From Balanoglossus misakiensis (taxonomy: Eukaryota; Animalia; Hemichordata): a stretch of 64,000 nucleotides of DNA. The stretch is taken from contig CM082595.2 of the NCBI GenBank assembly GCA_040954595.2, forward strand, positions 4,015,943-4,079,942, written 5' to 3'. The notes under the pieces are model-generated. The model saw only the letters and a list, made by a program, of their open reading frames with translations. It did no database searches and was not told the origin of the DNA. Positions 37,529 to 49,692 of this stretch are shown here, one piece after another (the stretch's first letter is position 1; each line of letters starts with the position of its first letter). Both the position numbers and the translations under genes were made by a program.

Positions 37529-40012
37529 ACGAATACAGAGCAAGGCAAATAACAACGAAACATGAAGAACGTTTAGAACATTTAGCTACCTTGAAAGTGT
37601 GATGAACATCAGCTGTAAATATAGGCTCCATCTGTACCTTGGCCGGGTATTCTCTGGTCAAGTGCTGCTGACGTCACCCTGCCTCTTGACTTGACCATGT
37701 ATGACCTTACTACAGGAGAAGCTTGCGTTAAAATCTCGGGCTAGGGCAAACGACCAATCAGATGTCGTCTTACAAGGACCAGTAACTACGAATTAAAACT
37801 GCAGACATATGATACATATGCAGAGGTCGGTGACATCTGGCACTGGAACACATCATGTACACTCGCAATAGACCGAGATCTCGCGGGGCTAGGTAGTTTA
37901 TATTGACTTGCATTCTCTTGTGATACGGGACAAACAACACATTACAATGTGTCTACAGTGCATTTACAGCTGAAAAATATCACTCATTTGGCTATAATTA
38001 TTTTTACCCAACTTCAATGTTTATCAGTATTATCACCAATTAATTAATTAATTGCTTGCTTGCTTTCATCAAAACTCGCGTAAATATGATTAGCTGGGGT
38101 CAAATTTTTATATAAACAATGAAAATGGATAATTTAAGCTTAAAACAACCTCTTTCCTTTGGTTTCTAATAAAGATATTTTGTGTAAGGTGTATGTAGAA
38201 TTGCCAAAAGTCGTGTGAGCGCCCTCCGCTTCCTCCCATGATCTGTTTTGAAGTAGAGGGGCGCATGTGTGGAGCATTGTATTAAGTTTGCGACCGGGCA
38301 TATATATAAAATGCAATTCTTTTCTTGAGACGAAAAGCGCCAAGGCATGTTTGCATTCCAACTGAGACTTCAAGAGAACCCTGAGTATAGCGGCTAACAC
38401 TGATCAAGGTTGACATGACCTAAAGTATTTGTGCCCCACGGCAGTGGTCTAGCAGGCTGTAAGAACAGCCAGTAAGGCATACCTTCACACACCGGTTCAG
38501 AGTAACCTGAATAGCCAGCGCTGAGTGTATAGCTGTAGAAAAAATACATGGTCACCGACTTTCCATTACAAAGGGCAGTACAGGTCATTAGAAGTGGTTT
38601 CATGGTGCTTTCGCGTGAACCATAGAAGTGTTGCGCGGGCATTTTTTCCATAATATGCTGAGGAGTACCTACAGTGTTGTAACGGGGATAGTGTTATTAA
38701 TGTCCTCAAAATAAACATTATTTGGTTGGCAGAGCAAGTGTTTCTGTTGTCAACAAACAAACAGGACATTGAGTGTGAAGAAACGCACTCGAGAAGTGCA
38801 CGTAATGTTACACCATTGTCTCAGATGTCTAACCCAGAACAGAACATACAGAAACAATCTCAACCTTTGAACTGTGTTAATGCCAACCGTCAAAAAGTTA
38901 ACGAAACTTGTGAATACAGGCGGCATCAGAATTAATTGTGATACGCGTCTCCTGGCAACCTGGTAGCTATGGGTCCAGCGAGTAATGTGAGCTGCTCGAG
39001 ATCAAGGCGACAGTCGCTAGTTCCAGCAGAGATCATTGCAATGATGCGACCCTCAACACTGTAACACGTTGGTCAACTGTACGTTCAGTATCACTGTGAT
39101 TTTGGTCAACCTTCTCATTTTGAATACACGAGGAATTCTCTTGCACGGGTCCACATGCTAGTTTAATTTCGGATGGTGAATCTCTTGATAACCCCCTCCC
39201 CCACATTCTTGATGAATCCCTTTCCATACGCGTGTATTGTAAAATATATACAGCTGATTGACAGTGCATTGTTAGAAAGGACTCGGATAAGCGATTGTGA
39301 GGGGCCCTTGAAATATGTATTTTTGGATCAGAACTATACGGCAATGGCCATTGTTGGCACTTGACCGACTTTGTCATGAACAACCCTTTTATAACCACTG
39401 GTATTCCAATGGCGTCACTTTTGCATTTCTATGTTGAGGTGTGCCAAGCCAAATCTCTACGGAGGGTCACTGCATTGACATAATTCAAATCCAGCAACAT
39501 ACTGTGAACAAATATCTGCCTGTCTGGCCGTCTGTGTGTCCGTCTGTCTGTGTTGTCGTCTGGTCGTGCTAAAACACTATGGTCAACTTTACAATCAGAA
39601 TATAGAACGTTTTAAGAAATCTGCAGACAAGATTCTCATAACGTGCAAATGGATAGACTTGAATATGTCAATGGAAAACAAGGGTTTTTCACCACATGGA
39701 CATTAATTGTCAACATGAACTAATGTGAGAACCAAGGGTTGAAAATCGCCGCCTCCACCGTCAATGTATTTATATTTCACGGCAGCTTCACACACTTGTC
39801 CAGCCAGAAGTGGCCCTCACCGTTTGTAAAAACAGCAATCACTGTCAAGCTGAGATCAAATTCAACATGTTTAACAAGATATACAGGACGCAAACAACCC
39901 GTGGAAAAAATAAATCACAATCCATCAACGACTTCGACATACCAAAGTGAAGGTAAACTATGAGAGCACGTGGTCCTCGCAGCTATCGTGAGTTTCCACC
40001 GGTCAACAGATC

Positions 40013-40445
40013 AAGGGCCGGACAACAATAAATCGTACCATTTGAGGCCTCCGCCCAAAATCTTAACTCAGGTGTCAACTCCTTGGTCGAAACTGACCAG
40101 GTCAATAACTTGGTATAGGCGCGCGCCAGTCAAGATTATGGTGTATTTTAGTTATTAACATAGGTCGCTTTGCATGGCTTAAAGTCTTTGGCTTTGGATG
40201 GCTGTGCAACCTCTGGGTGGTTGTACAGTTAAGAAATATACGAGGGGATTTCTATTTTCAATTTCCTTTATTACATTGTTTTTTTTAGCATGATACAAAC
40301 AATCATATTTTGTAAGCGCAGTGACGCACATGAAAATATAGACACCATCCCCACGTGCTAGACAGCTCATAGACCTTTATTAGAGAGAGGCTTTTGACAA
40401 TATTGGGCGGAGGCCCCCAAATACTCGAGTCGTTGTTTACCCTTT
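40013..40445. mobile_element. Degenerate inverted-repeat element (MITE-like)
   Basis: TTTGAGGCCTCCGCCCAAAAT (about 40041-40061) is inverted at ATATTGGGCGGAGGCCCCCAAA (about 40400-40421); boundaries uncertain. Confidence 0.4.
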
Positions 40446-42362
40446 AGTGTCCAAAATCTGCCAGGTGTATTTCCGGGTATCTGCCTTTCATTAATCATGC
40501 GGGTTCTGATGTCAAACCGTCGATAGACTGTTTACTTGTATGTGAGCGCAATACAAAAGTTTGATCCAGGTGACCAAAGTATTGGATCACCAAGCTTATA
40601 ATCTCACCGTTACTTTTATACATCAACACTGGTCTCTGCTGCGAGAGTGACGCAGTACCTCTTTCAATTTTCCGATGACCACATAACAATTTCAAACACG
40701 CGCACGGTTTCTCCCCTGCGATAAGACTAATGATTTGAAACCAGGGCCATTAAAATTAGTATTATTTTACTTCCCTGCCATAAATAGCCCGAGCAATTAC
40801 AACAGTTAGACAATCGGCACTTAATCATGTGCTTGAAATTTTCAACATACCTTAATATTTCGAAATGCAAACAACAATACGTGAGTCATATCCATAGCAC
40901 ACTGGTATTTTTTTTTTCGATTTCCGCCGTGCATTTCGCAATAGTTAAAACGAAAGTTGTAGAATCATTGATTTTACAGTCAGTAATTCGTTATACCAAA
41001 GAATAAGACTCCCTTGTATGATCGTAACGAATTTCGCGACGAATTTTGACGGTAGTGGGAGAAATATCTGAAATGGGACCAATATCTCCTTTCAGTATCC
41101 CGTCCTTCAATAATCAAGTACAGAGTGTTTTTCAATATCATGAATACGCCCGAAGCAATTTTAAGCGAGGTTGTATACGCTTACACCACATAACCGGCCC
41201 AAGAGACTGGTTCGCCAACGGGACGAAGCCAGTATGTTTTTCTGTTATCGTTTATGTATTGAACAGTAATCTCAGTGGAATGGGCGCGGTGGCCACTTAT
41301 CGTTACTCTTCTATGACCACATCTGACAACTGTTGCGAAATCGTGCTGTGAGCTAAGACATGAAACTTCCCATGGAGTCAGTCCGGCATTGTCTCCATTT
41401 GTGTCAGAAATGGGCGTCTCCCTTTTGCTGTGCGCGAGTAAGCACAAAGGATGTACGTCACAACCTTTGCGTACTTGTGTAATCGAAACGCATCAATTAC
41501 CCAACGCCCAAAATTACTGAAACGCCATTGTTTATTACAGATAATGACATTTAAGAGTTTGCGGTTTTGCCAATTGGTTCCCATGGTACACTCGTCACTG
41601 AAGAAACCGAGTTCTCAGTGTCACACACGCTGTGCGGGAAAATTAATAACACTATTATTAAATTATAAAATGTAAGAAAAAACGCGTCAACGCCAATTAT
41701 CTTCAGTTGGGATTGGACTGGAAACGGCATCAAAATTGAAACTTTTAATTCGTGAAGGGAACAGTCTTGTATCTATCTATCATGAGATGTTCTTTGCTTT
41801 TTCAAACAATGCTAACGGCGTTGAACGATTCGGTTGTTTTATGGGAAATACAAGCAGGTCGCTTCGCTTGGTCTCCCTTGCCAGAACCACCCGCGATTTC
41901 TGGTCGCGCGCTGTCGCTGCGTCACAGCCCGTTGTATTCGGAGCGTGGGGTCGAGTACTGATACCTGTAGACCCTCCTCAGCGCATTTGCGGCGATTTTC
42001 AATCGGTAGCACGGCGAGCAGCCGTAGACCGGAAAGGACACTCCACGGCATTCAGCATTACAATGGTGGATATTCAGTTGCATCGTTGCCAGTTGCCTAT
42101 ACGTACTATTTACATCTCGGACAAGGAGACACTTTTATCGCGTTTCGCTGAATAGGGACTTACCCCCACTGTGGGAATAAAGAGCGGGCTATGCTTGGGG
42201 GTCGCCCATCAGGGTCACCACCAATTCAAAGGGGTCAACTTTGTTCAAAAGCGCCAATAAAATGGGCATTGTAACCGAAAGGTGGATTTACCATATGTAC
42301 GTGTGATTACTATCTCGACCGTATCCACTCGAGGGTCCACAATACGTACCACTGTGTACAGC

Positions 42363-42891
42363 TGTTACGATCTGTATAAAGGTCAAATACGATTTCAAGG
42401 GTTAATTAATCCAGAGCTCGGGAATGTCAATGTTTGATAGTATTTGATTTTATGTATTTGAAGTAGATAGGGAGAGCGGGTGTTTAACTGACTGCTCTGA
42501 TTCTCAATCATCACCGAACTGACTTTGTTATATAACACTTTATGTAAATTGGTACGTATAGAGTTGACTGATGTCCAATGAAATTGTAACACATTGTATT
42601 TGTGATATTTTACATTATTAACCACGCCTTGAGAAAAGTAATTATAAGAGAACTTTGTTTCCAAAGTTAGGGAGAATAATCTAACGGGAGATGGGAGTAC
42701 CTCAGGCTACTGAGCTCGTTCCCTTCCTCATGTACTTTACTGGGCGTATTTGATGTACTATATAATTCCGGACAATAAATGAACGTGAATCAGATACGTG
42801 TCTCCGTGGATCACTGTTCTCGTCAGAGCCCGATACCTCATCGCTACAGATTCCCCGATGCATGAACAATCATGAGAAACCAGCCGTAATA
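42363..42891 (+). repeat. 5' LTR
   Basis: TGTTACG...CGTAATA; TATATAA near 42759 and AATAAA near 42774; direct repeat of 49164-49692. Confidence 0.95.
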
Positions 42892-42893
42892 CA

Positions 42894-42905
42894 TGGTGGA
42901 GATAC
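42894..42905 (+). promoter_or_regulatory. Primer binding site, tRNA-Ala-like
   Basis: TGGTGGAGAT is complementary to the animal tRNA-Ala 3' end ...ATCTCCACCA (from memory). Confidence 0.7.
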
Positions 42906-42968
42906 GTGGGTAGACGAAACAAATCCATCGGAGACAGAAACGGCGACGTCCAGCGGAAAGATTACAGC

Positions 42969-45900
42969 ATGGATCGCGAGATGCTAAACGACATGAACAG
43001 TCAAATATCGGAAATACGACAGGTTACAGTCAGAGCTGGAGGTCAGGTAGGCCCAGGTTTCTTTTCGGCTACAGAGACTGAGAATGCACACCGATGGTGG
43101 AAAAAATATATAGACTTTGCTGACTTTAAGCAATGGTCAGACGACAAACGGCTTAAAGGAATCGGACTATATTTGACTGGTGAAGCGGAGCGATGGTTCT
43201 ACAGACTGTCTGCTGAAAAGAAAAATGACTTGACGACACTGCAAAATGTCTTCCTCGCTCGTTTTGATAAGTGCGGTCCGATGTGGCTGTATGACGAGAA
43301 ACTGTTTCGCCTGAAGCAACTGCCGGACCAGACTGTTGAACAATATGCGGAATTAATATGCGAAAAAGCAGAAAAAGCGAAAAAGACTGATGAGGAACTA
43401 CTATCTTTCTTCATGAACGGACTGAGACCGGACATACTAAAGTTCGTAGCGGGAATGTCACCTGAGGACTTCGAAACAGCGTACAAACATGCTCGAACAG
43501 CAGAGGTCGTGGCAGGATTACCAGAGACAGACGAGCCAGAAGCGGGTCTTTTACAACAAATCTCAACACGGATTGACGAGATGAAACAAGAAGATGAAGA
43601 AATGAAGACCAAATCAAGCGCGGCAGATCATCGAGGACGATCGACAAAAAGAGAGAAGAAATCGCCGAATTACAGAGCAAGAGAACGAACAATAGACTAT
43701 AAGGTAAAGAGGAACAGATATAATTTTACTGGGCACTCTACCCAACGTTTTCCTCGACATAGTCAATTTAATTCCCGTGCATGTTTTAATTGTGGGCGTT
43801 ACGATCATATAGCTAGAAATTGTTCAAAATATGCGTTCTCTGGAAATGTTTCGAAGCCTAGTCGGAAATTTTATTTTGATGGATCGTCCGACAGGAGGTC
43901 ATGTACAGGTATAAATGCACTCGGGAAAGAGGGTGCCTATAAAGTTAAAGAGGGTGTAAACTTTGTTAACAAAGATGGGTGTGCTTTTCATGAGAATGTT
44001 ATTCCAATTTCAATATGTCATGAAAAAGTGACGTCATTAATTGATACTGGAGCACATATTACTGTAGCTCCTATTCGGTTGTTAGAGCTTATTCCCGCTC
44101 TAAAGAATTATCCGATGTTCAAGCCCAGATATAATTGTGTACATGCAGCAAACGAAGACAAATTGAAGGTAGTTGGATTTATGAAAATACCTGCTTTTAT
44201 TGGGAATAAGCGTGTATTACTGTATGTTAATTTAGTTGAGTCTCTTCAGCATAATCTGATTTTGGGACTTGATTTTATGAAGCGTTATAGAGCTGTTATT
44301 GATTTCAAGGGTAATATTTTAAGATTACAATCAGACGTACCGTTAAGAACCAATGTTGATGTTAACATTCCACCTGGAAGTGAAATGGTTATTCCAGTGA
44401 AAGTACCGTATAAATATCTTACTGGAGTTTTAGGTTGTATTTGTGATAAACGAACACGCTTAACCCCGGGTATTTTGGTAGCTAAGGGGTTGGCCTATTC
44501 GAATAAGAATTTTCTTCCCATGCGAGTTGTAAACACTTTGGATACTGTGGTCAAAATTAAGAAAAACAGTGTTGTTGGAATGTTTTCGCCCTTGCCCCGT
44601 AATAGTGAAATAGTCCCACTCGATAATACTGCCGTTAATTGTGTCTCACCTCAAGGGCCCCGTACACAGAAAGAGACGGATTATTTGATGGGTCAATTGA
44701 AATTTAATGAATTAGAGATAACTAAGGCACAGCGTAAACAGCTTAGAGATGTTTTACTGCACAATATGGAAGCTTTTGTTGATTCTAGTGGTCGTTTAGG
44801 CAACTGTGATGTAATCAAACATACAATACGATTACAAGAGGGTGCTGCCCCGTTCCGTCGCCCACCTTACCGAGTAACGCCTGAGAAAAGGCGTGAACTT
44901 GAGCGACAAGTTGATCAGCTGTTAGAACAAAATATTATCGAGCCGTCCACTTCACCGTTTGCTAGTCCAGTAGTTTTAGTCAAAAAGCCTGATGGTTCGT
45001 GGCGTTTTTGCACAGATTTCCGTCATTTGAATAATATTACAGTGCCTGATTCGTTTCCCTTACCTAGAACTGACGAATCTCTTGAAATGTTAGGCAAGAA
45101 TAAGCCTCAGTATTTTTCGACGCTTGATTTACAGTCAGGATTTTTTCAATTGGAATTAGATGAAGAGAGCAGACCAAAAACAGCTTTTGTCACACATCAA
45201 GGTTTATATCAATACAGGAGACTTGCCCAGGGGTTGCGAAATAGTCCCAGTTGTTTTCAGCGTACTATGCAACACGTGTTACGCAATATTATGTGGCAAT
45301 ATGTGTTATGTTATATCGATGATATTATTATATTTAGCAGCTCTTTTGAGGAGCATCTACAACACATTGATACTGTCCTAACCAGGTTACGTCAAGCTGG
45401 ATTGAAATTAAAGCCCAGCAAATGTCAATTTATGAGAAAGAGTGTTAAATTTTTGGGTCATATTATCAGTAAGGATGGAATTGCGGTTGACGAGAGTAAA
45501 GTAACAGCTGTTAAAGAATATCCCCGTCCTCATACTGTCACACAGCTGAAATCATTTTTGGGGTTGGCCAATTATTATAGAAAGTTTATAAAGAATTTCT
45601 CGATCATTGCAAGGCCTCTGCATAAATTGTTGGGAAAGGACACGAAATTTGAATGGAATGATCGATGCGAACATGCATTCGAGAAATTAAAACATGTCCT
45701 GTGTCAAGCACCAATTCTAGGGTATCCTGATATGAATGAAAATTTCACAATTTATACCGATAGTTCCACTCATGCCCTGGGGTTTGTTTTAGCTCAACGA
45801 CAGAATGGTGTTGAACGAGTGATTTTATATGGGGGTCGAAGTTTAAACTGTCACGAAAGAAATTACTCAATTACAGAATTGGAAGCTTTGGCCGTCATTC

Positions 45901-48143
45901 ATGCTATCCGACAATGTGATCACTATGTACGGAGCAACCATGTCACTATAGTGACTGATCACTCCAATCTGACTTACATGTTTAAACAGAAAATACCAAG
46001 GGGGCGTATTGGCCGTTGGATAATGACCATGCAGCAGTACGATTACGAAATTATCTATAGACCTGGTAAGAAACACATGAATGCTGACGGGTTGTCAAGG
46101 AGACCATATCAACAATGTGAGGGGTACAAGTCTGACGTCACTGATTTAGAGCATGCGCCTGAAATGAATTACAAGCCTAACAGTCAGCCAATGGTAGATA
46201 AGTGTGTAAACACTGAGCCCATAAACTCACCTTGTATAAATAATATACATACAGGGCAACAAACCGAACCTAGGGTTCATAATTCTGCTAATAGTGAGGA
46301 CACATCTGGGTATGGGATTTTACTTAACAGTTCTAACGACACTTCTAACACTGACGTGGAGGAAAATGCTTCCAACACTGAAGTGGATAAAACATTCGAC
46401 AGTGAGGTGCAATCACGAATGAAGGGAGAACAGAGAAAGGATGATTATTTGAGTAAATTTCTTAATTATTTAGAGAATGATGAGTTACCAACTGATCAAA
46501 AGTTAGCTCGTAAATTTGTTAGTATGGCTCCAAATTATGACATTGTTGACGGGGTTTTGTATCATTTTTGGAAACCCACGGGGAAATCAGCTAGTAAATT
46601 AGATTGTGTTAGACAGGTTGTGATACCTAAGTCATTAAGAAATTATGTTCTGCGGTGGGCTCATGATTGTGTTTTAGCGGGACATTTGGGATACACTAAA
46701 ACGTTGGGAGTTTTAAGACAGAGGTATTTTTGGGAAAGGATGCCCCGGGATGTTAATATGTACGTAAAGACATGCGCACATTGTCACACACGAAAGAGAG
46801 CCACACCCCCTACTCATGCTAAGTTGTTACCTATTCCAGTATCAGGACCCTGGGACCGACTGGGTATGGATATTGTGGGACCCCTCCCTAGAACGTATGA
46901 TGGTCATAAATACATCTTAGTACTTACTGATTACTTTACTAAATTTCCACTAGCATATCCATTACGTAATGCACGAGCTGAGACAGTCGCTAAGATCTTG
47001 TTTGATGAAGTAATTGCTACTTATGGCAGCCCCAGAGTTTTGCTGAGTGATCAGGGATCGAATTTTTTATCCCAAGTAGTTCGTGAAACTTGCAAATTTT
47101 TCAACATCCAGAGGAAAGTTTCGACCCCTTATCGTCCACAGACTAATGGCCTTACAGAGCGTTTCAATGGTTGCCTAGTCGACATGCTGTCCATGTTTGT
47201 CGATAGTAAACAGAAAGATTGGGATCGGTACCTAAGTTCAGTGCTTTTCGCTTATAGAGTTAGCCCTCAAGAGTCCAGTGGGTTCAGTCCTTATTATCTG
47301 TTATATGGTCGGCATCCCACATTGCCCATGGATGTTGAATTCCAGCCAGTTGAGGGGAGGACGAGAAATATAGATACACACCTTAAACATTTAGCTGCTA
47401 AAAGGGAGATAGCTCATAAAATCGCCAAAGAGAATATAGATCGATATCAACAGAATATGAAGGACCGTTATGATCAAAATATCCAACGGTCACAAAATCT
47501 TAAAGTGGGGGATCCTGTATATTTATACACACCATCTGTTAAACCAGGAGTTAATAAGAAATTCGTACATAAGTGGACAGGTCCTTACATTATTTCTGAG
47601 AAGGTGGGTCCTGTTAATTACAAGTTGCGTTTCATAAATAGCACCAGGAATTATCGTAAGGTCATTCATGTGAATAGACTTAAAAGAGCTTATTTGCGCC
47701 CCTCTGAGTTTGACTCATCCTCATCTGATGAGTCGTGTGAAGAAAACGATGTCCCAGAAACCACAAATTATGAAAATGGGACCGAAATATGTCAAAGTCC
47801 AGAAGCAGAAACATATGTAGAATCAGAAAATGGTTCTGATCAAATTGATGGATTGGGATTGAGAGATTTGTCGTCAAGGACAAATCCCAGTGCTTTCGAT
47901 GAAACTGACAACAATGGAAATTGTCAGACTAATGCTTCTGAGCCATTTTACGATATAGACAATGTGTTAAAGGGTCGATATAGAAATGGGAAATTACAGT
48001 ATTTGGTTAAGTGGAAGAATTATTCAAACAAACATAATACTTGGGAGGATGAAGACAATTTGAATGAAACTACGAAAGAGTATTTGATGAGAAATCCTGT
48101 AAAGATACAAGGGAAACAGGTTATAGCACATTTGCACATTTAA
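42969..48143 (+). CDS. Gag-Pol polyprotein: capsid, CCHC knuckle, aspartic protease, RT, RNase H, integrase, chromodomain
   Basis: CFNCGRYDHIARNC; LIDTGA; YIDDII; YTDSS and ITELEAL; HDCVLAGH...CAHC; GMDIVGP, SDQGSNF, NGLTERFN; WTGPY; QYLVKWKNYSNKHNTWE. Frame opens at 42906, first ATG at 42969. Confidence 0.97.
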   Translation: MDREMLNDMNSQISEIRQVTVRAGGQVGPGFFSATETENAHRWWKKYIDFADFKQWSDDKRLKGIGLYLTGEAERWFYRLSAEKKNDLTTLQNVFLARFDKCGPMWLYDEKLFRLKQLPDQTVEQYAELICEKAEKAKKTDEELLSFFMNGLRPDILKFVAGMSPEDFETAYKHARTAEVVAGLPETDEPEAGLLQQISTRIDEMKQEDEEMKTKSSAADHRGRSTKREKKSPNYRARERTIDYKVKRNRYNFTGHSTQRFPRHSQFNSRACFNCGRYDHIARNCSKYAFSGNVSKPSRKFYFDGSSDRRSCTGINALGKEGAYKVKEGVNFVNKDGCAFHENVIPISICHEKVTSLIDTGAHITVAPIRLLELIPALKNYPMFKPRYNCVHAANEDKLKVVGFMKIPAFIGNKRVLLYVNLVESLQHNLILGLDFMKRYRAVIDFKGNILRLQSDVPLRTNVDVNIPPGSEMVIPVKVPYKYLTGVLGCICDKRTRLTPGILVAKGLAYSNKNFLPMRVVNTLDTVVKIKKNSVVGMFSPLPRNSEIVPLDNTAVNCVSPQGPRTQKETDYLMGQLKFNELEITKAQRKQLRDVLLHNMEAFVDSSGRLGNCDVIKHTIRLQEGAAPFRRPPYRVTPEKRRELERQVDQLLEQNIIEPSTSPFASPVVLVKKPDGSWRFCTDFRHLNNITVPDSFPLPRTDESLEMLGKNKPQYFSTLDLQSGFFQLELDEESRPKTAFVTHQGLYQYRRLAQGLRNSPSCFQRTMQHVLRNIMWQYVLCYIDDIIIFSSSFEEHLQHIDTVLTRLRQAGLKLKPSKCQFMRKSVKFLGHIISKDGIAVDESKVTAVKEYPRPHTVTQLKSFLGLANYYRKFIKNFSIIARPLHKLLGKDTKFEWNDRCEHAFEKLKHVLCQAPILGYPDMNENFTIYTDSSTHALGFVLAQRQNGVERVILYGGRSLNCHERNYSITELEALAVIHAIRQCDHYVRSNHVTIVTDHSNLTYMFKQKIPRGRIGRWIMTMQQYDYEIIYRPGKKHMNADGLSRRPYQQCEGYKSDVTDLEHAPEMNYKPNSQPMVDKCVNTEPINSPCINNIHTGQQTEPRVHNSANSEDTSGYGILLNSSNDTSNTDVEENASNTEVDKTFDSEVQSRMKGEQRKDDYLSKFLNYLENDELPTDQKLARKFVSMAPNYDIVDGVLYHFWKPTGKSASKLDCVRQVVIPKSLRNYVLRWAHDCVLAGHLGYTKTLGVLRQRYFWERMPRDVNMYVKTCAHCHTRKRATPPTHAKLLPIPVSGPWDRLGMDIVGPLPRTYDGHKYILVLTDYFTKFPLAYPLRNARAETVAKILFDEVIATYGSPRVLLSDQGSNFLSQVVRETCKFFNIQRKVSTPYRPQTNGLTERFNGCLVDMLSMFVDSKQKDWDRYLSSVLFAYRVSPQESSGFSPYYLLYGRHPTLPMDVEFQPVEGRTRNIDTHLKHLAAKREIAHKIAKENIDRYQQNMKDRYDQNIQRSQNLKVGDPVYLYTPSVKPGVNKKFVHKWTGPYIISEKVGPVNYKLRFINSTRNYRKVIHVNRLKRAYLRPSEFDSSSSDESCEENDVPETTNYENGTEICQSPEAETYVESENGSDQIDGLGLRDLSSRTNPSAFDETDNNGNCQTNASEPFYDIDNVLKGRYRNGKLQYLVKWKNYSNKHNTWEDEDNLNETTKEYLMRNPVKIQGKQVIAHLHI

Positions 48144-49150
48144 ATCTATGGACAGAGAAATATATGCGTAACAGAGAAAAAAAACGGAAAAGGGAGACAC
48201 GTGGTTGATTGAAATGAATATTTGAATATGACTGAGAGGTATGAGTGTTGGCCGGCCTGTATGAGTGAGTGTACGATTGGCGTGTCCCTTGATTCGTTTA
48301 ATGTTACGTATAAGTTGTCGAATGACATTTTATTATCCGTTGGTTGCTGAGTTTAGTTGTAAGTGCTGTGCAACCTGGTTCCCGTGTCACTCTGTTTAAA
48401 TGTGTTAATGTATTTGAGTTGTAAAGAAATTACCAGTGAAGTTTGAAGTTGCAGAGATTTTAACATTGGAGAAAAATGTTGTGAGTTGAATTTACCGTTC
48501 GTTTGATGACCTAAAAAATAGATGGTCCAATTTGTGTAAATAGCCCCTTTTAATGGCTATGTGTTTGTATAAAGAAACCAAAGAAAATCCCATTTTCGAA
48601 TGAAGAAAATGCCATTTTCGAAGTTGTAAAGAGTGGATTTTTGACAAAACGCTAGGATGTTTCAGTTTTAATTTTTGAATTTGCCCGACATGACGTAACT
48701 CGAGAATAAGGAATGTCGGATGATCGTTCGATGTAAAAGAATGCAAGAGTATTTCGTTTGAGTCAATAAGACAACAGATATTAAGATTGTGTTCTATGAT
48801 GGATACAACGTTTTATGGGTTTACAGAAGGAGTTGCAATTTTATTGTTTATATTAGTAGGTGGATAGGTGTGCGAAGGTTTTATGTGCACATACTATTTT
48901 AAGTTTATATGTACTTTTATTCTGTAGTAATTTTTGGATTGTAATTTTATATATTTTTAAGACGATCACTTCATAGACATGACTAGATTTTTTTTTCAAA
49001 TATTTTACTTCAATTTTGTTATATATATTGTACTCTTACATTTCAAAATCATACGGTACATCTTAATATACTCTTGGGATGGAACTGAACGATTACCCTT
49101 GGGGTACTGCTCTTTAAGAGATTTGTGTCCAATGCGGGACGCATTGGTTT

Positions 49151-49163
49151 AAAAGGAGGGGAG
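49151..49163 (+). promoter_or_regulatory. Polypurine tract
   Basis: AAAAGGAGGGGAG immediately before the 3' LTR. Confidence 0.9.
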
Positions 49164-49692
49164 TGTTACGATCTGTATAAAGGTCAAATACGATTTCAAG
49201 GGTTAATTAATCCAGAGCTCGGGAATGTCAATGTTTGATAGTATTTGATTTTATGTATTTGAAGTAGATAGGGAGAGCGGGTGTTTAACTGACTGCTCTG
49301 ATTCTCAATCATCACCGAACTGACTTTGTTATATAACACTTTATGTAAATTGGTACGTATAGAGTTGACTGATGTCCAATGAAATTGTAACACATTGTAT
49401 TTGTGATATTTTACATTATTAACCACGCCTTGAGAAAAGTAATTATAAGAGAACTTTGTTTCCAAAGTTAGGGAGAATAATCTAACGGGAGATGGGAGTA
49501 CCTCAGGCTACTGAGCTCGTTCCCTTCCTCATGTACTTTACTGGGCGTATTTGATGTACTATATAATTCCGGACAATAAATGAACGTGAATCAGATACGT
49601 GTCTCCGTGGATCACTGTTCTCGTCAGAGCCCGATACCTCATCGCTACAGATTCCCCGATGCATGAACAATCATGAGAAACCAGCCGTAATA
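49164..49692 (+). repeat. 3' LTR
   Basis: Direct repeat of 42363-42891 at offset 6801; the antisense ORFs in the two copies translate identically. Confidence 0.95.

Larger units (their letters stand above)
42363..49692 (+). mobile_element. Full-length Ty3/Gypsy LTR retrotransposon, recent insertion
   Basis: Two apparently identical 529-bp LTRs, PBS, polypurine tract, CAGC target duplication at 42359-42362 and 49693-49696, one uninterrupted gag-pol ORF. Confidence 0.97.

Noticed and set aside
42395-42664. Identical 89-aa ORFs at 42395 and 49196
   Set aside because: Chance antisense ORF duplicated because it lies in the LTRs.
48144-49150. Possible env-like gene after pol
   Set aside because: AT-rich with no long plus-strand ORF; treated as 3' untranslated region.
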